Notes under the pieces: generated by a model
Seen by the model: only the letters and a program-made list of their open reading frames with translations
Database searches by the model: none
Told to the model about the DNA's origin: nothing
Shown: positions 30,020 to 39,553 of the stretch, one piece after another
Layout: each line of letters begins with the position of its first letter
Position numbering within the stretch: position 1 is the stretch's first letter
Source: Myxococcota bacterium
GTDB lineage: Bacteria; Myxococcota_A; UBA796; GCA-2862545
NCBI GenBank assembly: GCA_039208735.1
Contig: JBCCQY010000039.1
Span: 1-64,000 of the forward strand
Reading direction: 5' to 3'
DNA: 64,000 nucleotides
Translations under genes and position numbers: made by a program

Positions 30020-31918
30020 CTACGACGGGGGCTCACTCTCGAAGTAAAGGGCCGCCAACGGAGGCAACGTCAGGGCCAGACCATCGGCAAAGCCCATCGT
30101 TTCCGTCCCCAGCGAACGCACCGCCCCTGCGTTGCCAAGGCCGCTCCCGCCGTAATCACTCGCATCGGTGTTTAGGATTTCGGTCCACACCCCAGACCAC
30201 GGCACGCCAACTCGGTAGTCGGTCCGCGGAACGGGGGTGTGGTTGAACACTCCAAGCACCACGTTCCCGTGCTCATCGCGCCGCAGAAAGCTCGTGACGG
30301 ATTGTCCGGTGTCTTGGTGACCGACCCACTCAAAACCCTCCGGCTTCGCATCGAGTTGGTGTAACGCAGGGTGGCTCCGATACAGGCGGTTGAGGTCGAC
30401 AATCAACCGTTCGACCCCCCGATGGGTGGGGGTTTCGAGCAATGACCACGCCAGCTGCTCATCGTGCCACCATTCGTTCCATGTCGCGAGTTCCGCGCCC
30501 ATGAACAGCAGCTTCTTGCCCGGCTCTGCAAACATCTTCGCGTACAACAGGCGCAGGTTGGCGAACCGCTGCCAATCGTCACCCGGCATCTTGCGCAACA
30601 ACGAGCCTTTGCCATGCACCACTTCGTCGTGGGACAGGGGCAACACAAACCGTTCTGACCACGCATACATAGGCCGAAACGTCAGTTTCTCATGCACTCG
30701 CGATCGGTACAACGGGTCGGATGCAAAGTACTCGAGCGAATCGTTCATCCACCCCAAGTCCCACTTGTAGTCGAAGCCAAGGCCACCGTGGTCTACCGAC
30801 GCAGTGACACCGGGCCAGGCCGTCGACTCCTCCGCGAAGGTGACGACATCGGGAAACTCGAGGTGTACCACTTGGTTGAATCGCTTGAGGAACTCCACGG
30901 CCTCGAGGTTCTCCCGACCGCCGTACCGGTTCGCGACCCACTCGCCGTCCTGGCGTCCGTAGTCGAGGTACAGCATCGAGGCGACGGCATCGACCCGCAA
31001 TCCATCGATGTGATAGCGCTCCAGCCAGAACACGGCGTTGCTGTGCAGAAAACTACGAACCTCATTGCGTCCATAGTTGAAAATGGCGCTTCCCCACTCC
31101 GGGTGCAGGCCCTGGCGGGGATCCGCATGCTCGAAGAGGTGGGTCCCATCAAAAAAGGCGAGCGCATTTGCGTCAGTAGGAAAGTGTCCCGGTACCCAGT
31201 CCAGAATCACCGCGATTCCGGCTTGATGTAGGGTGTCGATGAGCTGCATCAGCTCTTGAGGTGTGCCGTAGCGGCTCGTCGCGGCAAAGTAGCCCGTCGT
31301 TTGGTAACCCCAGCTCGGGTAGAACGGGTGCTCGGTGACCGGCATTAGCTCGACGTGGGTGAATCCAAGCCGACGGACGTGTTCGACGAGCCGGGGAGCG
31401 GCTTCGGCGTAGGAGAGAAACCCACCATCGGCCTGCCGCCGCCAGGACCCCAAGTGCAGTTCGTAGATGGACATCGGCGCGTCCGGGGCGCTCACAACCT
31501 TGCGACGAGCCATCCATTCGGCATCGTGCCAGTCGTAGTCGAGGTGCCAGGTGATCGACGCGGACCCCGGGGCAGGTTCCGTGAACCAGCCAAACGGGTC
31601 GGTTTTGTCAACCTCATGCCCGTTGTAGGCCGAGCGGATGCGAAATTTGTAGTGCTGGCCGCGGTCGATCCCGAGCACCACGCCTTCCCACACCCCGCTG
31701 TCGCCCAGACGCACCATGCCGTGCGCCTGGGGATCCCACCCATTGAATTCGCCAATGATCGCCACCGAAGCTGCACTTGGCGCCCACACGCGGAACAGGT
31801 AGCCCCCCTCGATCGGACGGGCGCCCAAGCGATGATGCAGGCGGTGATGGGTCCCCTCGGCAAAGAGGTGACGGTCGTGATCGCCGAACGGTTCGGCTCC
31901 GTACACGGTCGGGTCCAT
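30020..31918 (-). CDS. glgB: 1,4-alpha-glucan branching enzyme (short form)
   Basis: FRVWAP, IYELHLGSW, SWGYQ, LDWVPGHF, GLRVDAVASMLY, AEEST, LSHDEVVHGK. Confidence 0.97.
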   Translation of the reverse strand: MDPTVYGAEPFGDHDRHLFAEGTHHRLHHRLGARPIEGGYLFRVWAPSAASVAIIGEFNGWDPQAHGMVRLGDSGVWEGVVLGIDRGQHYKFRIRSAYNGHEVDKTDPFGWFTEPAPGSASITWHLDYDWHDAEWMARRKVVSAPDAPMSIYELHLGSWRRQADGGFLSYAEAAPRLVEHVRRLGFTHVELMPVTEHPFYPSWGYQTTGYFAATSRYGTPQELMQLIDTLHQAGIAVILDWVPGHFPTDANALAFFDGTHLFEHADPRQGLHPEWGSAIFNYGRNEVRSFLHSNAVFWLERYHIDGLRVDAVASMLYLDYGRQDGEWVANRYGGRENLEAVEFLKRFNQVVHLEFPDVVTFAEESTAWPGVTASVDHGGLGFDYKWDLGWMNDSLEYFASDPLYRSRVHEKLTFRPMYAWSERFVLPLSHDEVVHGKGSLLRKMPGDDWQRFANLRLLYAKMFAEPGKKLLFMGAELATWNEWWHDEQLAWSLLETPTHRGVERLIVDLNRLYRSHPALHQLDAKPEGFEWVGHQDTGQSVTSFLRRDEHGNVVLGVFNHTPVPRTDYRVGVPWSGVWTEILNTDASDYGGSGLGNAGAVRSLGTETMGFADGLALTLPPLAALYFESEPPS

Positions 31919-31988
31919 CGGACAGCTCCCAGCACACACGAGCCTCTATGCTGTGCTTCGGCGCCTGCCGCGCCACGGGGAGCAAAAC

Positions 31989-34097
31989 ATGCGCGTCTGG
32001 CCCGGCCGGCCCACTCCTCTGGGGGCTTCCTACGACGGCTTCGGAACCAACTTCGCGATCTACACCGGCGTAGCCAGCCGCGTCGAGCTTTGCCTGTTCG
32101 ACGCCTCAGGCCAGGAAACGCGCATCGAACTGCCGGAGCGCCATGGCTACGTCTGGCATGGCTACCTTCCCGACGTCCGGCCGGGGCAACACTACGGGTA
32201 CCGCGTGCATGGCCCCTACGACCTGTCGTCAGGCATGCGCTGCAATCCCCAAAAGCTTCTCATCGATCCCTACGCCAAGGCGATCGCAGGCCGCGTGAAG
32301 TGGGGGCAAGAGGTGTTTGGCTACACCTTCGGCGACCCGTTCGGCCCCCCAAACGCCCTCGATAGTGCTGCCCACATGCCAAAGTCGGTGGTGATCGACC
32401 CGTATTTCGATTGGTCCGGCGACGTAAACCCCCAGATTCCCCTGCATGAAACGGTCATCTACGAGGCCCACGTCAAGGGGCTGACCATGCAACATCCGGC
32501 GTTGCCAGAAGAAATGCGCGGAACCTACCTGGGCCTCACCCATCCGGCGATTCTCGAGCATCTTGCCAAGCTCGGGGTCACCGCCATCGAGCTGATGCCG
32601 GTCCACCATTTCGTCCACGACCAGCACCTCCTCGATCAGGGACTGCGCAACTACTGGGGGTACAACTCGATTGGCTACCTCGCCCCCCATGATGAATACG
32701 CTCGGTCGCCGCGGTCGCAGGACGTGGTCAACGAATTCAAGCAGATGGTCAAGGTGCTGCACCGCGTGGGCATCGAAGTCATCCTTGACGTGGTCTACAA
32801 CCACACTGCCGAAGGCAACCACCTGGGCCCCACCCTGTCGCTAAAGGGCATCGACAACGCCCACTACTACCGCCTCGTTCACGACGACCGCCGGTACTAC
32901 TTCGACTACACAGGCACCGGCAACACGCTGAACATGCGCCATCCTTACCCCCTTCGACTGATGATGGACTCCCTGCGCTACTGGATCCTCGAGATGCACG
33001 TCGATGGGTTCCGGTTCGACCTCGCGTCGACATTGGCAAGGGGCCTACATGACGTGGACCGGCTTTCGGCGTTCTTCGAGCTGATCCAGCAAGACCCGGT
33101 CATCAATCAGGTCAAGCTCATCGCGGAACCCTGGGACGTGGGCGAAGGTGGCTACCAAGTCGGCGAATTTCCACCGCAATGGTCGGAGTGGAACGGCCGA
33201 TATCGAGACTGGATTCGTGACTTCTGGCTCGGACAACGTCGTCCATTGGCGGAACTTGGGTATCGCATCACGGGCAGCAGCGATCTCTACGCCGAAACGG
33301 GTCGTCGGCCCTATGCAAGCATCAACTTCGCAACCGCGCACGATGGCTTCACGCTGCGCGATCTTGTGTCCTACAACGAAAAGCACAATCTCGCGAACGG
33401 CGAGCAGAACCAGGACGGCGCCAACGACAACCGATCCTGGAACCATGGGGCGGAAGGGCCAACCGACAACGCCTGGATCGTCGATCTCCGGACCCGACAG
33501 CGCAAGAACATCCTCACCACCCTGATGCTTTCGCAGGGCATGCCGATGCTGCTGGCGGGCGACGAGCTGGGCCGGACCCAGCACGGCAACAACAACGCGT
33601 ATGGGCAAGACAATCCGGTGTCCTGGGTCGATTGGGCCAACGTTGATGAGCCCTTCCTCGACTTCGTGCAGCGACTCGTCGCGCTGCGCAACGCCCACCC
33701 CACCTTTCGCCGCCGCCATTTCTTTCACGGCCGTACGCTGATGGGCACCGATGTGCGCGATGTGCACTGGTTCGCCGCCACAGGTCGCGAGATGACGGAC
33801 GCCGATTGGTGGAATGCCCGGGTCCTTACGGTGGGCATCTACTTGAACGGCGACGCAATTGCGTACCGTGATGAACGAGGTCAACCGGTGGTCGATGACC
33901 ACTTTCTGGTGGTCCTGCATGCGGGCGACGAATCTGTGGAGTTCGTGATTCCCTCCGCAGAGTGGGCTTCGTCGTGGACGGTCGCCTTGAGCAGCTTTCC
34001 CGACCTCGACGGACACCCCGACCGATGGACGCCCGGTCAGGCGTTGACGGTCCCTCCTCGCACCGTTGTGGTGCTTACGCATGCTGTGGATAGGTGA
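31989..34097 (+). CDS. glgX: Glycogen debranching enzyme (isoamylase)
   Basis: NYWGYN, DVVYNHTAEG, DGFRFDLA, LIAEPWD, HDGFTL, GNNNAY. Confidence 0.97.
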   Translation: MRVWPGRPTPLGASYDGFGTNFAIYTGVASRVELCLFDASGQETRIELPERHGYVWHGYLPDVRPGQHYGYRVHGPYDLSSGMRCNPQKLLIDPYAKAIAGRVKWGQEVFGYTFGDPFGPPNALDSAAHMPKSVVIDPYFDWSGDVNPQIPLHETVIYEAHVKGLTMQHPALPEEMRGTYLGLTHPAILEHLAKLGVTAIELMPVHHFVHDQHLLDQGLRNYWGYNSIGYLAPHDEYARSPRSQDVVNEFKQMVKVLHRVGIEVILDVVYNHTAEGNHLGPTLSLKGIDNAHYYRLVHDDRRYYFDYTGTGNTLNMRHPYPLRLMMDSLRYWILEMHVDGFRFDLASTLARGLHDVDRLSAFFELIQQDPVINQVKLIAEPWDVGEGGYQVGEFPPQWSEWNGRYRDWIRDFWLGQRRPLAELGYRITGSSDLYAETGRRPYASINFATAHDGFTLRDLVSYNEKHNLANGEQNQDGANDNRSWNHGAEGPTDNAWIVDLRTRQRKNILTTLMLSQGMPMLLAGDELGRTQHGNNNAYGQDNPVSWVDWANVDEPFLDFVQRLVALRNAHPTFRRRHFFHGRTLMGTDVRDVHWFAATGREMTDADWWNARVLTVGIYLNGDAIAYRDERGQPVVDDHFLVVLHAGDESVEFVIPSAEWASSWTVALSSFPDLDGHPDRWTPGQALTVPPRTVVVLTHAVDR

Positions 34098-34209
34098 TCA
34101 GCTTGCAGGAGCGAAGCGACGAAAGCTGACCGCGTAGGCCTGCAGGCGCGGAGCGCCGAAGGCCAGCGGTGATCAGGCTTCGTCGCTTGCGGCTCCTGCA
34201 GCCTGATCA
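34095..34209 (+). repeat. TGATCA-bounded repeat array, modules A+B
   Basis: TGATCA at 34095, 34170 and 34204. The first TGA is the glgX stop. Confidence 0.92.
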
Positions 34210-34265
34210 CCGGAGTGGACAGTTCTTGGGTGGCGCAAAGCCTCAGGATCGACCACCCCAAAGGC

Positions 34266-34892
34266 ATGGACCCGCATCGTCACGCCACCCTGTCTGCTTC
34301 CCGCCATGGCGGTGATCCCGAGGATTACTGGCCACTTCACCACCTCATGGATGCCACCAAGGAGCTTTGCTCCGACAACCGACATCGGCTGTTGCACAAT
34401 CTGTGGGGCATTCGCCAGGTTGTGATTCCGTTGGTGGGTCCCGTGATCGAGGCTGCGGGTCGTACGGTCCGCACCAAGACCGTACTCGAACACGATCATG
34501 TTCAGGCCGACTTCGGCGGGCGGTTCATCCCCACCCTGACCGACTTCGTGGACGCTATCGCCCCCGAAGGCGATGAGTCCAAGCGTTTTGTCGGTATCCA
34601 AGCTCCGTATCGCGACGATGATGAGGCGATGCGCCTGTTGCTTTCGCCCTACTTCGTGACGGGCCGCATCCGAGCCTTGCTGGTGACGCACAACACGTGG
34701 TTTCTCGGCGAGTTGCTGCCTCGCCTGTGCCGGCGACCCCCTCGTCTCGTGCCTCCAGGTGTGCCTCCCGACGAGCTGTTCGCTCGCATGAAGTTCGAAG
34801 CTTGGATGGACAACGGAGCCACGCTGCCGAAAAGCGCGCCGCGTCGCTCGGCCTTTACGCCGCTTTCCAAGGAGGCCCCATGCCGTTCGTGA
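34266..34892 (+). CDS. DUF6915-like protein with a C-terminal extension
   Basis: PHRHATLSASRHGGDPEDYWPLHHLMDATK...RHRLLHN..G...EHDHVQADFGGRFIPTLTDF. Confidence 0.78.
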   Translation: MDPHRHATLSASRHGGDPEDYWPLHHLMDATKELCSDNRHRLLHNLWGIRQVVIPLVGPVIEAAGRTVRTKTVLEHDHVQADFGGRFIPTLTDFVDAIAPEGDESKRFVGIQAPYRDDDEAMRLLLSPYFVTGRIRALLVTHNTWFLGELLPRLCRRPPRLVPPGVPPDELFARMKFEAWMDNGATLPKSAPRRSAFTPLSKEAPCRS

Positions 34893-35587
34893 TCCGAAGT
34901 CATGGTTTCGAGTACAACGACGAGTTCTACGCGGCCGACGGACCGTCGCGCACAATGGTGCGGCGCGTGTACGACAAACGCGAAGAGGCCGAAGACGTCC
35001 TCGACCGAATGCAGCGCGAATGGTTGAAGAGCACGTGGCGACTCATCGATTGGTTGTGGGACAAACCCGCGGAGGCCCAACAAGGCTTTGTTGTCTTACT
35101 CCATCAATATCGCACCGGTGAGGTCGTTGATCCCGAAGAACGCGACGATGCCTTCTGGGAAGCCAACCTCGAACTGCCCGAGGACCTGACCGACGACCAG
35201 CTCGACGAACTTGTTCGTGTGGGGCAGTTCGAGTTTGGTGTGGTGATGGCGTTCGACGGAAACCTAAGCGACGATGAATCCGATTCGAGCGAGATCGACG
35301 AATACGTGACCTATGGCGATTCGGAACTCTACAGATTGCTCGAGCAGTACGACCCCGCCCCTTGGCCGCCCGAAGCTCCCACCCCGCGTGCTTTGCAGGG
35401 CGTGGCACCGGGGGTGCATGTGGCCTGGGATTGGGTGGCAAGCCAGTCGCCGCTCGTCGCCGTCGAACGTGCTGAAGCACGCAAGCGCGCACGAATGCTT
35501 GCGGTCAGCTGGTATGACCCTGTCTTTCGTGCTCTCGTCACCTACACTCCCGACCTTGGGCGCCTTACCGAACTGATGCGAGGGTGA
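34880..35587 (+). CDS. Acidic hypothetical protein
   Basis: AAGGAGG SD, ATG 34880, overlaps the upstream gene by 13 nt. The stop is the TGA of a TGATCA. Confidence 0.75.
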   Translation: MPFVIRSHGFEYNDEFYAADGPSRTMVRRVYDKREEAEDVLDRMQREWLKSTWRLIDWLWDKPAEAQQGFVVLLHQYRTGEVVDPEERDDAFWEANLELPEDLTDDQLDELVRVGQFEFGVVMAFDGNLSDDESDSSEIDEYVTYGDSELYRLLEQYDPAPWPPEAPTPRALQGVAPGVHVAWDWVASQSPLVAVERAEARKRARMLAVSWYDPVFRALVTYTPDLGRLTELMRG

Positions 35588-35655
35588 TCAGCGGCAAGCG
35601 AAGCTTGCGCGAGTCTGATCAGGCTGCAGGAGCCGCAGGCGACGAAGCCTGATCA
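35585..35655 (-). repeat. TGATCA-bounded repeat array, modules C+B (inverted relative to the other copies)
   Basis: TGATCA at 35585, 35616 and 35650. Supplies the stops of both convergent flanking genes. Confidence 0.92.
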
Positions 35656-36033
35656 GACTCCCTCCACCCGAGCCCGTACTTGGGCGCCAAGCACCACGAG
35701 AATCGGAGGCACCAGCGCCACCGCAAGGCTCGACCATAGCGGTTTGAGACCCGTTTCCGCGATCGTAGACACCAACCCCAACACCACCATCAGCCCGGCA
35801 AGAACCGCACCGTGCAAGACGGGTCGGCGGGGCGCGATCCACCCGGTGACATAGCCCGCGATAAAGGCCACGATCAGCGAGGCCCCAAGCTCCGCCAACA
35901 ACAGCCAGAATGAGGGTTCACCAGTGGCTTCGAGGACGGCCGGCGCCACGAAGGTGACGATGGCAAAGAAGGCGCTAACGCCAATGATCAGGGTGACGTA
36001 GCCGCCAACCACGGCAAGGATGCTGCGCAACAT
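35653..36033 (-). CDS. Four-TM membrane protein
   Basis: MLRSILAVVGGY...AGYVTGWIAPRRPVLH. GAGGAG SD. Confidence 0.8.
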   Translation of the reverse strand: MLRSILAVVGGYVTLIIGVSAFFAIVTFVAPAVLEATGEPSFWLLLAELGASLIVAFIAGYVTGWIAPRRPVLHGAVLAGLMVVLGLVSTIAETGLKPLWSSLAVALVPPILVVLGAQVRARVEGV

Positions 36034-36044
36034 GAAAGGACTCC

Positions 36045-36620
36045 TCAACAGGGTTCGTCCTCGGGGACGGAGCGCACCGCATTCGATCGCAAGGTTTTTG
36101 AAGAGAGCCGCTGACGCAAGGCCTTCCGCGCTCGATATACACGATTGATCGCCGCACTACGTGAAATCCCCATCGCGACCGCCACGTCGGCCATCGACAA
36201 GTCCTGCCAGTAAAACAGTTCAAGGGCGATCTGGTCGTCGGCAGGAAGCCGCTCGAGCGCAGCCAGCAGGTGCCGTTGGGATTCGTGGCGGGTGAGGGCG
36301 GTCACCGGACCGGTGCGTACCTCGGCAAGGCTCGTACGCGCAGGCTCGAAGGTGCGGTCCCGGGCTTTTGCCCGCAGTGCGTCGTAGAGCGCGTTGCGGG
36401 CGATGCCGAACAACCATCCCGCAACGTGGGTTACCCGGTGGCCCTGCCGAACTGCCTCGAGGGCCTTGAAAAAGGTCTGCTGCACGAGGTCGGTCGCCTC
36501 ATCGGGCGGCAGTTGCCGCGTGAAGAACCGCGCCACTCGGTCGCCATACCGCTCGTAGAGCACACGACCCGCTTCCACGTCGCCCGCGGCCCAGGCTCCC
36601 AGTGCATGGTCGTCGTCCAT
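36045..36620 (-). CDS. ECF RNA polymerase sigma factor
   Basis: LYERY, DLVQQTF, WLFGIARN, ALERLP, RVYRARKALR. Confidence 0.9.
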   Translation of the reverse strand: MDDDHALGAWAAGDVEAGRVLYERYGDRVARFFTRQLPPDEATDLVQQTFFKALEAVRQGHRVTHVAGWLFGIARNALYDALRAKARDRTFEPARTSLAEVRTGPVTALTRHESQRHLLAALERLPADDQIALELFYWQDLSMADVAVAMGISRSAAINRVYRARKALRQRLSSKTLRSNAVRSVPEDEPC

Positions 36621-36642
36621 GCACTGGAGTATGCCTCATGCC

Positions 36643-37518
36643 ATGCGAGCCCCACCCGACGACCCCATCGCGCATCGGCTGGCCCGGGCCCAGGCCGCCG
36701 CGCGTTTGTTTGGCGGGTCTCCCGAGGTGGTCCGGGTCGGTCGCTACGAGGTGCGGCGATGGCTGGGCGCAGGGGCGTCAGGCGTCGTTTACGCAGCCTG
36801 GGACCCCAACCTCGAACGGGAGATTGCCCTCAAAGTGCTGCGAGCGGGGCGCGCCCAAGATCAGGTGTTCGCGGAGGCGCGCGCGCTTGCGCGCCTCAGT
36901 CATCCTGGTGTCGTCACGGTTCACGACGTAGGGGTCCACGAGGCGTACGTGTTCGTGACGATGGCCCGGGTGGATGGACCCAACCTGCGAGAGTGGTGTC
37001 GAGACCAGTCGGTGGCCGAGGTCGTGCACGCCTGGCTTGACGTCGGTCGTGCCCTGGCGGCCGCCCATGCCGAAGGCATCGTCCACCGCGATGTGAAGCC
37101 TGACAACGTCGTCGTGGGAACGAAGGGTCGGGTGACGCTGGTCGACTTCGGACTCGCCCGCACGGCCGGCACCCCCGCCCAGGCCACCGGCACCCCCGCT
37201 TACATGGCACCCGAGCAGCGTCGGGGCGAACAGGCGCAGGCTGCCTCGGACCAGTACGCCTTTGCGGTTGCGATGGCGGAGACGTTGGGGCCACGCTTGC
37301 CCCCTCGCTTGGGCCGCGTGCTGGCCAGGGCCGGCGCAGAGTCCGCCCACGATCGGTACGCCACGATGGAGGACCTGCTCCACGCCCTGACCGATGACCC
37401 CACGGGCCGCGCCCTCCGCACCACGATGGCCGCGGTCTTGGCCGTGTTCACGGTCATTGCGCTAGTGGGCGCGGTCCTTCAGATGGTGATGTTTTCGCGG
37501 GCGATGTGGGGGAGCTGA
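36643..37518 (+). CDS. Hanks-type Ser/Thr protein kinase with C-terminal TM helix
   Basis: LGAGASGVV, IALK, HRDVKPDN, DFGLA, GTPAYMAPE, SDQY. Start 36619, 36631 or 36643. Confidence 0.92.
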   Translation: MRAPPDDPIAHRLARAQAAARLFGGSPEVVRVGRYEVRRWLGAGASGVVYAAWDPNLEREIALKVLRAGRAQDQVFAEARALARLSHPGVVTVHDVGVHEAYVFVTMARVDGPNLREWCRDQSVAEVVHAWLDVGRALAAAHAEGIVHRDVKPDNVVVGTKGRVTLVDFGLARTAGTPAQATGTPAYMAPEQRRGEQAQAASDQYAFAVAMAETLGPRLPPRLGRVLARAGAESAHDRYATMEDLLHALTDDPTGRALRTTMAAVLAVFTVIALVGAVLQMVMFSRAMWGS

Positions 37519-38341
37519 TCCGGCGCCGGCGCAACAGCCATCCGGGAAACAGCACCAGCGCCCCAAGACGACCCCCAGTCGCCCAACATCCGCTTCTTCG
37601 CCCCTCGTCGGGCTCGGAACTCGGCGTAGGGGAGGGCTTTTGGGGAGCCCCCGTGTCGGCGAGCCCGGCGGTGTCGCCCGTCATTCCAGTGTCGCTGACC
37701 GGACAGCCCTCATCGATCGCTTCATTGCAGTTGTTGTCGAAGCCATCGCACAGCTCGGTGGCCAAGGGGGAGACCTCCGATGCAGTGTCATCGCAATCCT
37801 CGTCATCCTCCACGACATCCGTCCGCAGGGTGGGGGGAACCGCGAGCGCACCCGCGTCGACGAAGTAGCCCGGCACACCGTAAGGTTTACACCCCAAGAG
37901 CGCGTCGACGTTGTCGTCGCCAAATCCGTCGCCATCGAGGTCCGGGTAGAGCGCCACTACGGTAGGCCCGTTGTCGAACCGCCGGTCGCAGTCATCGTCA
38001 AGACCGTTGCAGATTTCAGGCTGGATGGGGCTCACAAACGGTGTGGTGTCGTCGCAGTCCTGCGCGTCGGTCACATAGTAGGCGATGGGGTCGCAGGATA
38101 GGACGGGAAGTTGGCGGCTGTCGCCAAATCCATCCCCGTCGTTGTCGGGGTACCACCGCGTGTCAAACCCCTCATCGACCTGACCATCGCAATTGTTGTC
38201 GGCAAAATCGCAAACCTCGGGAGCTCCCGGGTAGACGTCCGAGCGGGTGTCGTCGCAGTCCATCGAAGCCACGAAACCGTCATTGTCGGTGTCGGGGAAC
38301 ACGTTCGCCCAAGCGGACGAGACGAGCAGTACGGACAGCAT
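37454..38341 (-). CDS. Secreted MopE-like metal-binding-repeat protein with a MYXO-CTERM-like tail
   Basis: Three DxDxDG(F)...DCDD...P...E.C...D.NC-type repeats; SGC..hydrophobic..RRRR sorting motif. GGAGG SD. Confidence 0.82.
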   Translation of the reverse strand: MLSVLLVSSAWANVFPDTDNDGFVASMDCDDTRSDVYPGAPEVCDFADNNCDGQVDEGFDTRWYPDNDGDGFGDSRQLPVLSCDPIAYYVTDAQDCDDTTPFVSPIQPEICNGLDDDCDRRFDNGPTVVALYPDLDGDGFGDDNVDALLGCKPYGVPGYFVDAGALAVPPTLRTDVVEDDEDCDDTASEVSPLATELCDGFDNNCNEAIDEGCPVSDTGMTGDTAGLADTGAPQKPSPTPSSEPDEGRRSGCWATGGRLGALVLFPGWLLRRRRISSPTSPAKTSPSEGPRPLAQ

Positions 38342-38439
38342 CGCACCTCCATCATCCATCACTACGCGCCAGGGCTCAGATTCGGGGAAAAAAGATTCCA
38401 CGGGCGGGCATGGTGAAGCGTTGTGCCCACGGAGGGTGG

Positions 38440-39009
38440 ATGACTGTGACCAAACCGCGCACGGGACGTGAGCCGGTTCCCGACCACGAGTTGGTGGCTC
38501 GCTTCCGCGCCGGCGACGAGCAGGCGTTCACGGCCCTCTATGAGCGCTACAACGCGCGCATCACCAGCTACGCAGCGAGGCTCTTGGGGGCTCGCGAAGA
38601 GGGCGAAGAGATGTGCACCGAAGCGTTTCTTCGGGTGGTCCAGGGGCGCGTCAAGCCCACCGGTTCGTTTCGGGCCTACCTCTTCACCGTCGTGCACCGC
38701 CTGTGCATTGACCGGCTGCGCTGGCGTGGACGCCGCGACCGGGTGCTTCAACTGATCGGCCGCGCCCCTCCCGAACGTGAAGACATCGAGTTGCGGACGG
38801 CCACCAACGAACGCCAACGCCATCTGCATCGGGCCATCGCGAGACTATCGACCCATCACCAGGCGGTGGTGCTGCTCACCTATGTCGAAGGATTGACCTC
38901 CCCCGAGGCGGCCGAAGTTCTGGGATGGACCGATCAACAAGTAAGATCCAAACTTGCCTATGCCCGACGACTGCTGCGGCGGGAACTCGAGGGGCTGAAC
39001 GATGGATGA
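38440..39009 (+). CDS. ECF RNA polymerase sigma factor
   Basis: DHELV...GDEQAFTALYERY, FRAYLFTVVHR, VRSKLAYARRLLR. Confidence 0.9.
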   Translation: MTVTKPRTGREPVPDHELVARFRAGDEQAFTALYERYNARITSYAARLLGAREEGEEMCTEAFLRVVQGRVKPTGSFRAYLFTVVHRLCIDRLRWRGRRDRVLQLIGRAPPEREDIELRTATNERQRHLHRAIARLSTHHQAVVLLTYVEGLTSPEAAEVLGWTDQQVRSKLAYARRLLRRELEGLNDG

Positions 39010-39553
39010 GCTAGAACAGCAGTTGCGCAATCTCAATGCGCCGTTTTCGAACCGCCACTCGGCCACCGAGGTCCTGGCTATCGGGCGGAGGCGGAAGCGC
39101 CGACGTCGTGCGTGGGTCGCCGCATCCGGAGTCATCATGGCGGGACTCGTCGTGGTGGCCCTTGGCCCTCCGGTCTCCACGGAACGGGAGCGAGGAGGCG
39201 TTGAGGCCCCGCAGGTCGTGCTGCGCGCAGTGGCCGAAGGTCCCCAAGGTCTTCGGCCGCTCGCGTCGTCCAGCAGACTGGGGTCTGACGAAGCGGTGGT
39301 GTTCCAGATCGAAACCACGGAACCCGGCACGCTGTCGCTCGGCGTCGACGGAGGAGCCCACATTTGGCCCCCCGTAGGCCAAACGTGGCATGTCGATGCG
39401 GGTGAGCACTACGTTGGAACCGACGTGCCGCTGTCGTGGACGCCCGATGCCGATCCCACCGCCCCAAAGAAGGTGGTGGCCACCCTGTGCGCGGAGGACG
39501 CCCCTACCTCCTGCGCCACCGCCAGCCTGGTCGTGAGTTGGGCCACGCCATGA
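39002..39553 (+). CDS. Probable single-TM anti-sigma factor with an extracytoplasmic beta domain
   Basis: Overlaps the sigma stop; short N-terminal helix, RRRKRRRR, TM helix, beta-rich C-terminus. Confidence 0.65.
   Translation: MDELEQQLRNLNAPFSNRHSATEVLAIGRRRKRRRRAWVAASGVIMAGLVVVALGPPVSTERERGGVEAPQVVLRAVAEGPQGLRPLASSSRLGSDEAVVFQIETTEPGTLSLGVDGGAHIWPPVGQTWHVDAGEHYVGTDVPLSWTPDADPTAPKKVVATLCAEDAPTSCATASLVVSWATP

Noticed and set aside
30020..34097. Divergent glgB/glgX without glgA/glgC
   Set aside because: glg gene order is variable, and the other genes may lie outside the window.
34095..35655. CRISPR interpretation of the TGATCA arrays
   Set aside because: The constant part is only 6 bp, the intervening units recur at other loci rather than being unique spacers, and no cas genes are present.
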